Shown in pieces: positions 43,812-51,734 of a stretch of DNA of 64,000 nucleotides. The stretch comes from Syntrophales bacterium. Its GTDB lineage: Bacteria; Desulfobacterota; Syntrophia; Syntrophales; Fen-1087. A program made the position numbers and the translations under genes. The stretch is taken from the NCBI GenBank assembly GCA_034678725.1, contig JAXDBM010000049.1:10878-74877 (forward strand). Reading direction: 5' to 3'. Positions within the stretch are counted from its first letter, which is position 1. Every line of letters starts with the position of its first letter. The notes under the pieces were generated by a model. The model made no database searches. It saw only the letters and a program-made list of their open reading frames with translations, and had not been told where the DNA came from.

Positions 43812-45248
43812 GTCAAGAGCAAATAGAGTTGTCCGGTTTTGTAGCACGTGAATTGTCCGCTTTTCTGTTCCGTGCGAAGGGCGACATTTTGGAACAGGAG
43901 GGGAGCGGCGGACGTGCGCTTCCTCAGACGATGAGGCGTTATCCACAACTCATCTCCCGCAGCCTATGTGGAGCGAGGCGGGAGGGGGCTGTGGGTAACG
44001 CCGTCAAGCCGCTTTTTTTATCTCTTTGAGCTTCCCCCGAGGATCATAATCAGCCAGCTTCCTGGGACCATGAAAGAGGGCTATTGACCCATCCAGATAC
44101 CGATGAACTTGGACCCTGACCCTGACGTAATGGCAGCGATATTGGTTTTCAGGGATTTGGAGTTTCTTCCCCTCGAAGCTGACGCAGTTGTCGGCGCTGA
44201 CCGTCCGCTCATCCTGTTCGCAGAGAATGTCATCCAGATGCTCTCCCAGCCAAGGAACAAACGCTGACCCGTCTTCAAGGGCCGGCTGCATGAACTCGGC
44301 GTTGAACGCGGGGAGATACTCCTTTGCCAAATAGCGGTTGGCGGCGTCCATGTCCGTGATCCCATGAAAAGCCAGCTCCTTGACAAGCCGGTCCTGGTGA
44401 GTCTCAAAAGCCCTTTCGCTACGTCCTCGCGCCTCCGGGGAGTAGGCCGCAATCATCTGAATCCCCAGGTGTTTCATCGCCCGGCCAAACTGGGTCAGCT
44501 GCGTCTTGCTGACCTTCCCCCCTTCCTTGGGTGTGTACCAGTAATGACTTCCACGGTCGGTGTACAAAGAACTGAACAACCCCTTTTGAACAATCACCTC
44601 CCGCACCCCCTGAAAACTGCTGCTCGTCCCTTCCTCGCCAACAAAGAACATCGAATAATGCTCACTCGTTGCGTCATCCATCGTCACGATTAGATCCCAC
44701 TGCTTCCCGGAAACCCATTCGTGTCTGCTGCCGTCTTGATGCAGCATCATACCGGGAAAGTGAGCCCGCTCTCTGCGCTTGCGATGAACTCCCCGCTTGG
44801 ATGACTTCATAACCAATCCCTTTGTCTGGAGCGTGTTCTTCACCCAGGTGTAACTGCGCCCACCCCCATCTCGCCGATACCACCTGTAAAAGTGCTTCAC
44901 ATTCCAGCCCCGGTGACCACGATGATACAGGTCCGTAACCGCCATCACCTCGTCCACAGGCGCACGACGAAATGAAGCCTGCCTCAAACGCTTGTCCGAC
45001 ACACCCGCTATCCCATCCTCCTCGTATCGATCAATGTATCGCCGAAACGTCCGATCGCTTACCCCCAAAACCAGAGCCGCCGTCGCCTGCGTCAACCGAC
45101 CCTCGTTCCATCCCAAATATACCTCCTCAAATCGCATCTTCCGGTTCTCCTCTAGCCACTCTGTCCGCCTCATCGGTCACCTCCCTAGGCAACCTTATCA
45201 AACCGGACAGATCATGTGCTATAAACCGGACATATCATTTGTTACTGA
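43812..45248 (-). mobile_element. Intact 1437-bp insertion sequence (DDE/rve transposase; IS1202/ISNCY-like, or IS481-like)
   Basis: Imperfect ~50-bp terminal inverted repeats: GTCAAGAGCAAATAGAGTTGTCCGGTTTTGTAGCAC... versus the reverse complement GTCAGTAACAAATGATATGTCCGGTTTATAGCAC... Each carries two TGTCCG(G/C)TTT motifs. One transposase ORF, flanked by an 18-bp direct repeat. Confidence 0.8.
44004..45173 (-). CDS. IS transposase (N-terminal HTH plus rve-type DDE integrase core)
   Basis: 389 aa. HTH region LTQATAALVLGVSDRTFRRYIDRY; DDE core blocks MLHQDGSRHEW, DLIVTMDDATS, LYTDRGSHY and SPEARGRSER. Confidence 0.85.
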   Translation of the reverse strand: MRRTEWLEENRKMRFEEVYLGWNEGRLTQATAALVLGVSDRTFRRYIDRYEEDGIAGVSDKRLRQASFRRAPVDEVMAVTDLYHRGHRGWNVKHFYRWYRRDGGGRSYTWVKNTLQTKGLVMKSSKRGVHRKRRERAHFPGMMLHQDGSRHEWVSGKQWDLIVTMDDATSEHYSMFFVGEEGTSSSFQGVREVIVQKGLFSSLYTDRGSHYWYTPKEGGKVSKTQLTQFGRAMKHLGIQMIAAYSPEARGRSERAFETHQDRLVKELAFHGITDMDAANRYLAKEYLPAFNAEFMQPALEDGSAFVPWLGEHLDDILCEQDERTVSADNCVSFEGKKLQIPENQYRCHYVRVRVQVHRYLDGSIALFHGPRKLADYDPRGKLKEIKKAA

Positions 45249-45266
45249 CAGCTTTTCCTGAATTGC
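45249..45266. repeat. Right copy of the 18-bp direct repeat (target-site duplication)
   Basis: AGCTTTTCCTGAATTGCT, immediately abutting the IS right inverted repeat. Confidence 0.75.
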
Positions 45267-45671
45267 TTTTTTCGCAATTGCGTTGCGTCTCACGAGCGGG
45301 GTGGCCCGGCATCGATCGCCGAATGCATACGGCGGGGAAATCGGACGAAGAGTCGATGTCCGCTCGCTTGACGTTTCCCTTCGCTCCACGGTCTTAAATT
45401 CCCGGTCTTTCATCCTCCCGGATCTGATCCTGAGCGGCGGCGCCTGGCCTTATGAATGGTCTCGATGTGCCGGTGAGGGTGTGATTGCCGGTGAAATGCC
45501 GGTTTCTGCATCTTTTCCGCCCTTCGGAAATGTGATATTGATGGGCCGCGCCGGCCGATGTCGCCCCGCCGGTTGACGAAAAGAGAAAAAGCGATGATTC
45601 GTGACCATCGGCAAGGGAAGGGATGACCTTCCCCTGCTTTCGGCCGACCGCCAAGGCAAAGGAGGCCCGAC

Positions 45672-47102
45672 ATGCTCATTCAGCCCTTTTTTGTTTCCGG
45701 ACTGGCCCATTGCTCGTACCTGCTCGCCGGGTCGAAAAGCTGCGCCGTCATCGATCCGAGGCGGGACGTCCGGGTGTATCTGGATGCGGCGAATTCGCTG
45801 GGCGTCCGGATCACGCACATCCTCGAAACCCACCTTCACGCGGATTTTGTCTCCGGTCACATGGACCTGGCCGAAAAGACCGGGGCCGCGATCTATGCCC
45901 CCCGCTCCGCCGGGTGCGCCTTCGCGCACACGGGTTTGGCAGACGGCGATGTGTTCCATATCGAAGACATGGATGTCCTGGTTCTGGAGACGCCCGGCCA
46001 CACACCGGAGCACATCGTTTACGTCGTCGCGGACCGGTCAAGGGGCGAAGATCCGGTGGCCCTCTTCAGCGGCGACACCCTCTTCGTGGGTGATGTGGGA
46101 AGGCCGGACCTGTTTCCGGGGATCGCGGAGAAACTGGCGGGGGAACTGCACGACAGCCTCTACCGGAAACTGATGGGCCTGCCCGATTTCTGCGAGGTCT
46201 ATCCCGCGCACGGGGCCGGCTCCCTCTGCGGAAGAGAGATATCGGCAAAGCGCACGTCCACCATCGGATATGAAAAGCGGCACAACTACGCGCTGCAAAT
46301 CCCGGACCGGAAGGAGTTCATTCGGCGGCTGACGACCGGGATGCCCGCGGCCCCGGACCACTTCAGCCGCTGCAGCGAGACCAACCGGAAGGGACCTGCC
46401 CGGCTTAAAAGCCTTTCCGCCGCCGTGCCCCTCGATCCCCTATCCTTTTCACGCAGGGCCGAGGGCGCCGGTGTGGCCGTGCTCGATATCCGGCCCTATG
46501 ATGCGTACGGCGGCTTGCATGTCATGGGATCTTTTCACATCGATCTGACCAGCAACTTCAGCACCTTCGCCGGATGGATCCTTCCGCCCGAAGCCGACAT
46601 CCTGCTGGTCGCCGATCACCGGGACCAGGTTGAAAGGGCCTCGGTTCTTCTCAGACGGGTGGGGCTCGACCGGGTGACGGGCTTTCTGGAAGGGGGCTCG
46701 TTTGCCTGGGCCGCCTCCGGATTTCCCCTGGGTCATGTTCCCCAGCTTTCCGTTCAGGATCTGAACGAAAGGATCTGCAGCGGCGAATCGGCCGTCCTTC
46801 TGGACGTGCGAACCGTCGGCGAATTCGAGGGGGGCCATATCGAGGGCGCCATCCATATTCCGGTTCCCGACCTCAGGACCCGACATGGGGAACTGGACCC
46901 GGAGGCGTCGATCGTCGCCATCTGCAACGTGGGACAGCGGGGGACGCTTGCGGCAAGCCTTCTCAAGCAGCGCGGTTTTCAGCGCGTCTCCAATCTGGCC
47001 GGCGGCATGACGGCTTACAATGCCGCCACAGGAGGCGCCGAATGTCCGGTCTGCGCGCTTCCCCACGGACCGGCGCTGTCCGCAGGATCGGGTGGGAGGT
47101 GA
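45672..47102 (+). CDS. MBL-fold hydrolase (persulfide-dioxygenase-like) fused to two rhodanese domains
   Basis: THLHADFVSGH metal motif and HTPEH. C-terminal rhodanese with active-site loop CNVGQRG. AGGAGG lies 6 nt upstream of the ATG. Confidence 0.85.
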   Translation: MLIQPFFVSGLAHCSYLLAGSKSCAVIDPRRDVRVYLDAANSLGVRITHILETHLHADFVSGHMDLAEKTGAAIYAPRSAGCAFAHTGLADGDVFHIEDMDVLVLETPGHTPEHIVYVVADRSRGEDPVALFSGDTLFVGDVGRPDLFPGIAEKLAGELHDSLYRKLMGLPDFCEVYPAHGAGSLCGREISAKRTSTIGYEKRHNYALQIPDRKEFIRRLTTGMPAAPDHFSRCSETNRKGPARLKSLSAAVPLDPLSFSRRAEGAGVAVLDIRPYDAYGGLHVMGSFHIDLTSNFSTFAGWILPPEADILLVADHRDQVERASVLLRRVGLDRVTGFLEGGSFAWAASGFPLGHVPQLSVQDLNERICSGESAVLLDVRTVGEFEGGHIEGAIHIPVPDLRTRHGELDPEASIVAICNVGQRGTLAASLLKQRGFQRVSNLAGGMTAYNAATGGAECPVCALPHGPALSAGSGGR

Positions 47103-47127
47103 GGATCACAGCGTGGAATGGCTCATC

Positions 47128-47634
47128 ATGGAAAGGTGGTCGCCTTACGCGGCGGGGGTCGGAATCGGGATACTGAGCTGGCTGACCTTTCTGCTGTCGG
47201 ACCGGGCCCTCGGCTGCTCCACCGCCTTCGCCCGGACCAGCGGGATGATCGAAAGGCTCTTCCGCGGGGCCAAGGTCCTCGAAAAGCCCTATTACCGGAA
47301 ATTCGTCCCGGAGATCGACTGGGAATGGATGCTGGTCCTCGGGATGTTCTTCGGCGCCCTCGCCTCCTCGGTCCTGTCCGGCCAGTTTCAGATCCAGTGG
47401 GTTCCGGAAAGATGGATGGCGGCTTTCGGCGGTTCGTTCCCCCTTCGCTGGCTGGCCTCGATGGCCGGAGGATTTCTGCTGGGGTTCGGCGCCCGCTGGG
47501 CGGGAGGCTGCACCAGCGGCCACGGGATCAGCGGCACCCTGCAACTGGCCGTCGGCAGCTGGATCGCGACCCTCTGCTTCTTTGTCGGCGGCGTTGTGAC
47601 GGCCCGGCTGATTTTTCAATATTTTCCGAAGTGA
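47128..47634 (+). CDS. YeeE/YedE-family sulfur (or selenium) transport protein, half-size
   Basis: Conserved GARWAGGCTSGHGISG motif and four hydrophobic segments. GTG 47113 is an alternative start, 10 nt after GGGAGGTGAGG. Confidence 0.8.
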   Translation: MERWSPYAAGVGIGILSWLTFLLSDRALGCSTAFARTSGMIERLFRGAKVLEKPYYRKFVPEIDWEWMLVLGMFFGALASSVLSGQFQIQWVPERWMAAFGGSFPLRWLASMAGGFLLGFGARWAGGCTSGHGISGTLQLAVGSWIATLCFFVGGVVTARLIFQYFPK

Positions 47635-47639
47635 CGCGG

Positions 47640-48200
47640 ATGATGCCGGGCAGCCTGCACGAAAACAGAAAAATTCAACTGGTCATCGGTTTTGCGGCCG
47701 GTTTCTTTTTCGGATTCCTGCTCCAGAAGGGAGGGGTCACCCGCTACGACGTCATCATCGGCCAGCTCCTTCTGAGGGACTTCACGATGGTCAAGGTCAT
47801 GCTCTCCGCCGTGGTCACCGGCATGATCGGCGTGCACCTGCTGCGCAGTCTCGGCCTGGCTGCCCTGCACCCGAAGGCCGGTTCCTTCGGGTCGGTCGTT
47901 CCCGGAGGCCTGATCTTCGGGGCGGGATTCGGCCTGCTGGGCTATTGCCCCGGGACCCTGGCCGGCGCCGCGGGTCAGGGGAGCCTGGACGCCCTGCTTG
48001 GAGGGATGGCGGGCGTCCTGATCGGCGCGGGGGTCTTTGCGCAATTCTACCCGAAGCTGGAGCGGGCAATTATCGGAAGGGGTGATTTCGGTGAGATGAC
48101 CATGCCGCAGTTGCTCCGGGTGAATCCCTGGCGGGTGATTCCGGGGGTCGCGATCGCCATCGTCGCCCTGCTGGTCTGGATGGAAAAATCGGGCTTCTGA
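47640..48200 (+). CDS. YeeE/YedE-family transport protein, second half-size paralogue
   Basis: ATG 47640, in frame within track ORF 47118..48200. GFGLLGYCPGT conserved-Cys motif; hydrophobic. Confidence 0.8.
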   Translation: MMPGSLHENRKIQLVIGFAAGFFFGFLLQKGGVTRYDVIIGQLLLRDFTMVKVMLSAVVTGMIGVHLLRSLGLAALHPKAGSFGSVVPGGLIFGAGFGLLGYCPGTLAGAAGQGSLDALLGGMAGVLIGAGVFAQFYPKLERAIIGRGDFGEMTMPQLLRVNPWRVIPGVAIAIVALLVWMEKSGF

Positions 48201-48400
48201 CCGAAGGGAAGAGGTCGACGTGCGGGAGATCGCTTCCAGGGCTTTGCGCCGAATTTCATGAACACCTGAACGCAATCGCCCGTGAGGCCGCCCGGACGGC
48301 CGCCATGACCGTGCGCCGCGCGGTCTTTTGCCGAATGCCGCGCCCCTGCCTCATAACGGGCGCTCCGGCGGCATACGGGAAGGGCGTGGGTCCGGTCTTC

Positions 48401-49477
48401 TCAGAGGGGTCCCTTCTTGGCGGCGTGCGCCTCCAGGGCATTTTGGATGATGCGGTCGATCAGGTCGGCCTGCGTGATCCCGGCGGCCGCCGCCTGATGG
48501 AACAGGACGGTGGAGGGCGTCATCCCCGGCAGGCTGTTGGGCTCGAGCACCGCGATCCGACCGCTTTCGGTGACGAACATGTCGATCCGGGCATAGCCCT
48601 TCAGATCGAGCGCCTGAAAACTCCGGACTGCGATGTCCCGGATTTTTTCCAGAGTTTCCTTCGGCAGGCGTGCCGGGGTCTTGTTCTCGCCCTGCCCGTA
48701 GAGGAATTTGTCCTCCAGGGACAGGATCGCCGTCGTCGGGATCGTCTCGGAGGGGGTGAGCGCGACGGGATGGTGATTCCCGACGACCCCGCAGGTGACC
48801 TCCATGCCGGTCAGAAATTCCTCGACCAGGACGGTGTCATCCCAGGCAAAGGCCCCTTCCAGCGCCTCGGGGATGCCGTCCGCGGAGACGACCTTCCGGA
48901 CCGCCGTGCTGCACCCTTCCCGGGTGGGCTTGACCACGCAGGGGTAGCCGATCTCCGAGGCGATCTTCTTCAGGATCGCCTCGCGGCTGTCAGGCGTCCA
49001 TTGTCCACTGAAAATCGGCAGCGTGCGGGGCACGTCGATGCCGCTGATGGACAGGATCTTTCGGCCGGTCCACTTGTCCATGCCCAGTGCCGAGGCCAGA
49101 ACGCCCGAGCCGGTGTAGGGGATTCGTACAAGCTCCAGGAGCCCCTGCATGCAGCCGTCCTCTCCGTATTTGCCGTGCAGCCCCAGGCAAACCACGTCGA
49201 CCCGGGATTTGATCTGCTCATAGGCGATGGGCGTTGCCTCGTCGGGAAGGTCCTCCTCGATGTCCCGAGTGCTGTTGCGCATCAACAGTTTGATCGGGAT
49301 TTCCCAGAGGGCCGCCCTGCTGTCCATGAAAATGGCGACCGGATCGTATTTCCGGCGGTCGATCTTGCTGTAGATGTTTCTGCCGCTCTCCAGGGAGACC
49401 TCCTTTTCCGATGAGACTCCCCCCATGATGATGCCGACCCGGAGTTTGGCGGCGGGATGATCCGTTGATGAAGCCAT
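48401..49477 (-). CDS. ddl: D-alanine--D-alanine ligase family protein (paralogue 1; omega-loop Lys-Phe)
   Basis: IIMGGVSSEKEVSLESG, LHGKYGEDGCMQGLLELVRIPYTGSG, and an ATP-grasp C-terminus LEPNSLPGMT. The omega-loop reads ILSLEDKFLYG. Confidence 0.9.
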   Translation of the reverse strand: MASSTDHPAAKLRVGIIMGGVSSEKEVSLESGRNIYSKIDRRKYDPVAIFMDSRAALWEIPIKLLMRNSTRDIEEDLPDEATPIAYEQIKSRVDVVCLGLHGKYGEDGCMQGLLELVRIPYTGSGVLASALGMDKWTGRKILSISGIDVPRTLPIFSGQWTPDSREAILKKIASEIGYPCVVKPTREGCSTAVRKVVSADGIPEALEGAFAWDDTVLVEEFLTGMEVTCGVVGNHHPVALTPSETIPTTAILSLEDKFLYGQGENKTPARLPKETLEKIRDIAVRSFQALDLKGYARIDMFVTESGRIAVLEPNSLPGMTPSTVLFHQAAAAGITQADLIDRIIQNALEAHAAKKGPL

Positions 49478-49495
49478 GGCTGTTGTTCCTTGGAT

Positions 49496-50275
49496 TTAGA
49501 AACCGATGGAAATTCCAACAAAAGGCCCGTTGCAATCCACATCCGCGTAAATGTCGCTGATGTCGTCCAGTTCGAGCTTCATGACGCGATAACCCGCGTG
49601 AATGTCGAGAAAAGGGAAGGGGGTCACGGAAATCTCCGCCGAGGCGTCGTAGAACTGGTTGCCGGAGTAGCCGGTCCAGGCGCCGTTCACGCGGGCCTCC
49701 AGGATGTTGGCGATCAGCCCGATATGCAGTCCCGCCCCGACCATGGGAAGAACGGCGGTGAACGTCCGTTTCTGCTCGCCCAGTTCCGCGGAGGACATCC
49801 TCGTTTCGCCGTCGATGTACCGCACCCTTCCCAGCAGCCCGAAGGAGAAGCCTCCCAGAGCGTTCTCCAGGTTGACAAGGTCGTACCGGTACTCCCCGTC
49901 GAACATGTTTATTTTGAAGCTGGAATCGACGACGGAATTCGTTTGATAGGCTTGGCCGTTGAAGGTGATGGGCCGGCTGATGCTCGCGCTCGCCGAATAA
50001 TCCAGCGGCGTGTACATGACGCTGAAGTGATGGTTTCCGCCTCCGGCATAGACTTCCACGGAATAGGTCAGCTCATCGTCGAGCCCCAGATCGTCTTTCA
50101 GGTCTACATTGTCGCCTTTTATTCCGTCTTTGTCCGCACGCATCGTGCCCTCGATTTTGGGCATCCACAGAAATCCCCGCGCGCCGAATTCCACGGCGCC
50201 GGCGCTTGCCGACAGCATGGTCACGATCAGAAATCCGGCAAGCGCGGCCAGAACCACCCCGTGCTTTTTTTTCAT
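49496..50275 (-). CDS. Outer-membrane beta-barrel protein (259 aa)
   Basis: ATG 50275. Signal peptide MKKKHGVVLAALAGFLIVTMLSASAGA, alternating strands, and C-terminal ...VGISIGF. Confidence 0.7.
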   Translation of the reverse strand: MKKKHGVVLAALAGFLIVTMLSASAGAVEFGARGFLWMPKIEGTMRADKDGIKGDNVDLKDDLGLDDELTYSVEVYAGGGNHHFSVMYTPLDYSASASISRPITFNGQAYQTNSVVDSSFKINMFDGEYRYDLVNLENALGGFSFGLLGRVRYIDGETRMSSAELGEQKRTFTAVLPMVGAGLHIGLIANILEARVNGAWTGYSGNQFYDASAEISVTPFPFLDIHAGYRVMKLELDDISDIYADVDCNGPFVGISIGF

Positions 50276-50403
50276 GAAACCTCCTGAAAACGCCCGCATC
50301 CGCGCATCCGCGCATTTTTTAGAATCCGCGGCAACATCGCAAATAATCCCGTCCAGTGCAAGCGAAAATGCATTCCCGTTCCCGCCATGCCCGGCGCTGA
50401 ATT

Positions 50404-51459
50404 TCAGAGGGGGCCCTTCTTGTCCCGGTGGATCGCGAGGGCGTTCCGGATCAGGGCGGAGATGATCATCCCGGGCAGGAGGCCGGCGCTGGCAGCCTGC
50501 TCGAAGAAAAAGGAGGAGGGTGCCATGCCGGATGAAGAGTTGGGGTCGGTGATCAGGATCCGGCCGTCCTTCAGGCAGAATCCGTCAATGCGGCCGTAGG
50601 AGCGGAATCCAAGGGCATGGTAGGCCCGAAGCACGGATTCCCGGATTCGATCCGCCGTTTCGCGGGGGATGTTTTTCGGCGGCGTGAATTTGCGGCATCG
50701 TCCGGGCATGTACTTGTCGTCATAGGTGTAGTAGGCGCTCTGCGGGTAGATTTCCGTCAGTTCCAGCACCCGGGCCTCTCCATCGTCCTCCAGGACGATG
50801 GCGGAAAATTCGATGCCGTCGAGATACTCCTCCACCAGGGCGGCGTTGTCCCATTGGAGGGCGGCGTCGATGCCCGCCGCGAGGCCGGCCGGATCGTCCA
50901 CACGGGTGACGCCGACGCTCGATCCTTCGCGGGTCGGTTTCGTGAAGAAGGGGAAGGAAAACCGCTCCAGGATCTCCTTTTGGACGGCCTCCCGCCTTTC
51001 CCGCCAGTCCCATGCGGTAACGACCATGCTGCGCGGCACATCGATTCCCTCCGACATCAGGACTTTCTGCTGGAGATGCTTGTCCATGCCGAGGGCGGAT
51101 GCCAGGACGCCGGGGCCGGTGTAGGGGATGTTCAGGAGTTCGAGCAGCCCCTGGATGCAGCCGTCGTCCCCGTACTTTCCGTGCAGGGAGATGAAGGCGA
51201 AATCGATTTCCCTTTTCAGGTCCTCGTAGGCGATCCGGCGGGCCTCCCCTTCGAGGTGGTCGGAGATGTCCAGGGTCGTGTTCTGGGAGATGAGCTGCCA
51301 CGGAATGACCCACAGCCTCCCCTCGGCGTCCATGAAGATGGGAACGGCCCCATACAGCTCGGGGTCGAGGTTGTCGTGAACGTTCCTTCCGCTGTTGAGG
51401 GAGACCTCACGTTCCGAAGACATCCCCCCCAGAATGATCCCGATGCGCAGTTTTTTCAT
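50404..51459 (-). CDS. ddl: D-alanine--D-alanine ligase (paralogue 2; canonical omega-loop Lys-Tyr)
   Basis: ATG 51459. IILGGMSSEREVSLNSG and LHGKYGDDGCIQGLLELLNIPYTGPG. The omega-loop YYTYDDKYMPG resembles E. coli DdlB FYDYEAKY. Confidence 0.9.
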   Translation of the reverse strand: MKKLRIGIILGGMSSEREVSLNSGRNVHDNLDPELYGAVPIFMDAEGRLWVIPWQLISQNTTLDISDHLEGEARRIAYEDLKREIDFAFISLHGKYGDDGCIQGLLELLNIPYTGPGVLASALGMDKHLQQKVLMSEGIDVPRSMVVTAWDWRERREAVQKEILERFSFPFFTKPTREGSSVGVTRVDDPAGLAAGIDAALQWDNAALVEEYLDGIEFSAIVLEDDGEARVLELTEIYPQSAYYTYDDKYMPGRCRKFTPPKNIPRETADRIRESVLRAYHALGFRSYGRIDGFCLKDGRILITDPNSSSGMAPSSFFFEQAASAGLLPGMIISALIRNALAIHRDKKGPL

Positions 51460-51734
51460 CGTCTCTTCCCGGAGTCGCGCCGCCGCGGGCATCGCGCCCG
51501 GATCGCGTCCGGTCGGCTGCACGTTCGGCTGAGGCGCCCCTTCCAATTATTTTTTTACGGTTCGTGCCGCATTTCATACTTTACAACGGCTTTACCGTCG
51601 AGGAAATGTTTTGCCGTATATCACAGTCGGCGGGCGGTGGGAAGACCGTGCAAGTAGGGCGGGCCGGAGACGGCCTGAAGGTCCGGGCCGCGGCCGGCGG
51701 ACCGTCGAACGCATGACCGGTGACGGGGCTGCGG

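Noticed and set aside
43789-43817. The 18-bp flanking repeat as an att site of a larger integrated element, or as part of the IS ends.
   Set aside because: No integrase or further island structure is present. The repeats abut the inverted repeats exactly and are identical, which fits a target-site duplication best. A short GTCAAG similarity just left of the left copy makes the exact boundary uncertain by a few nt.
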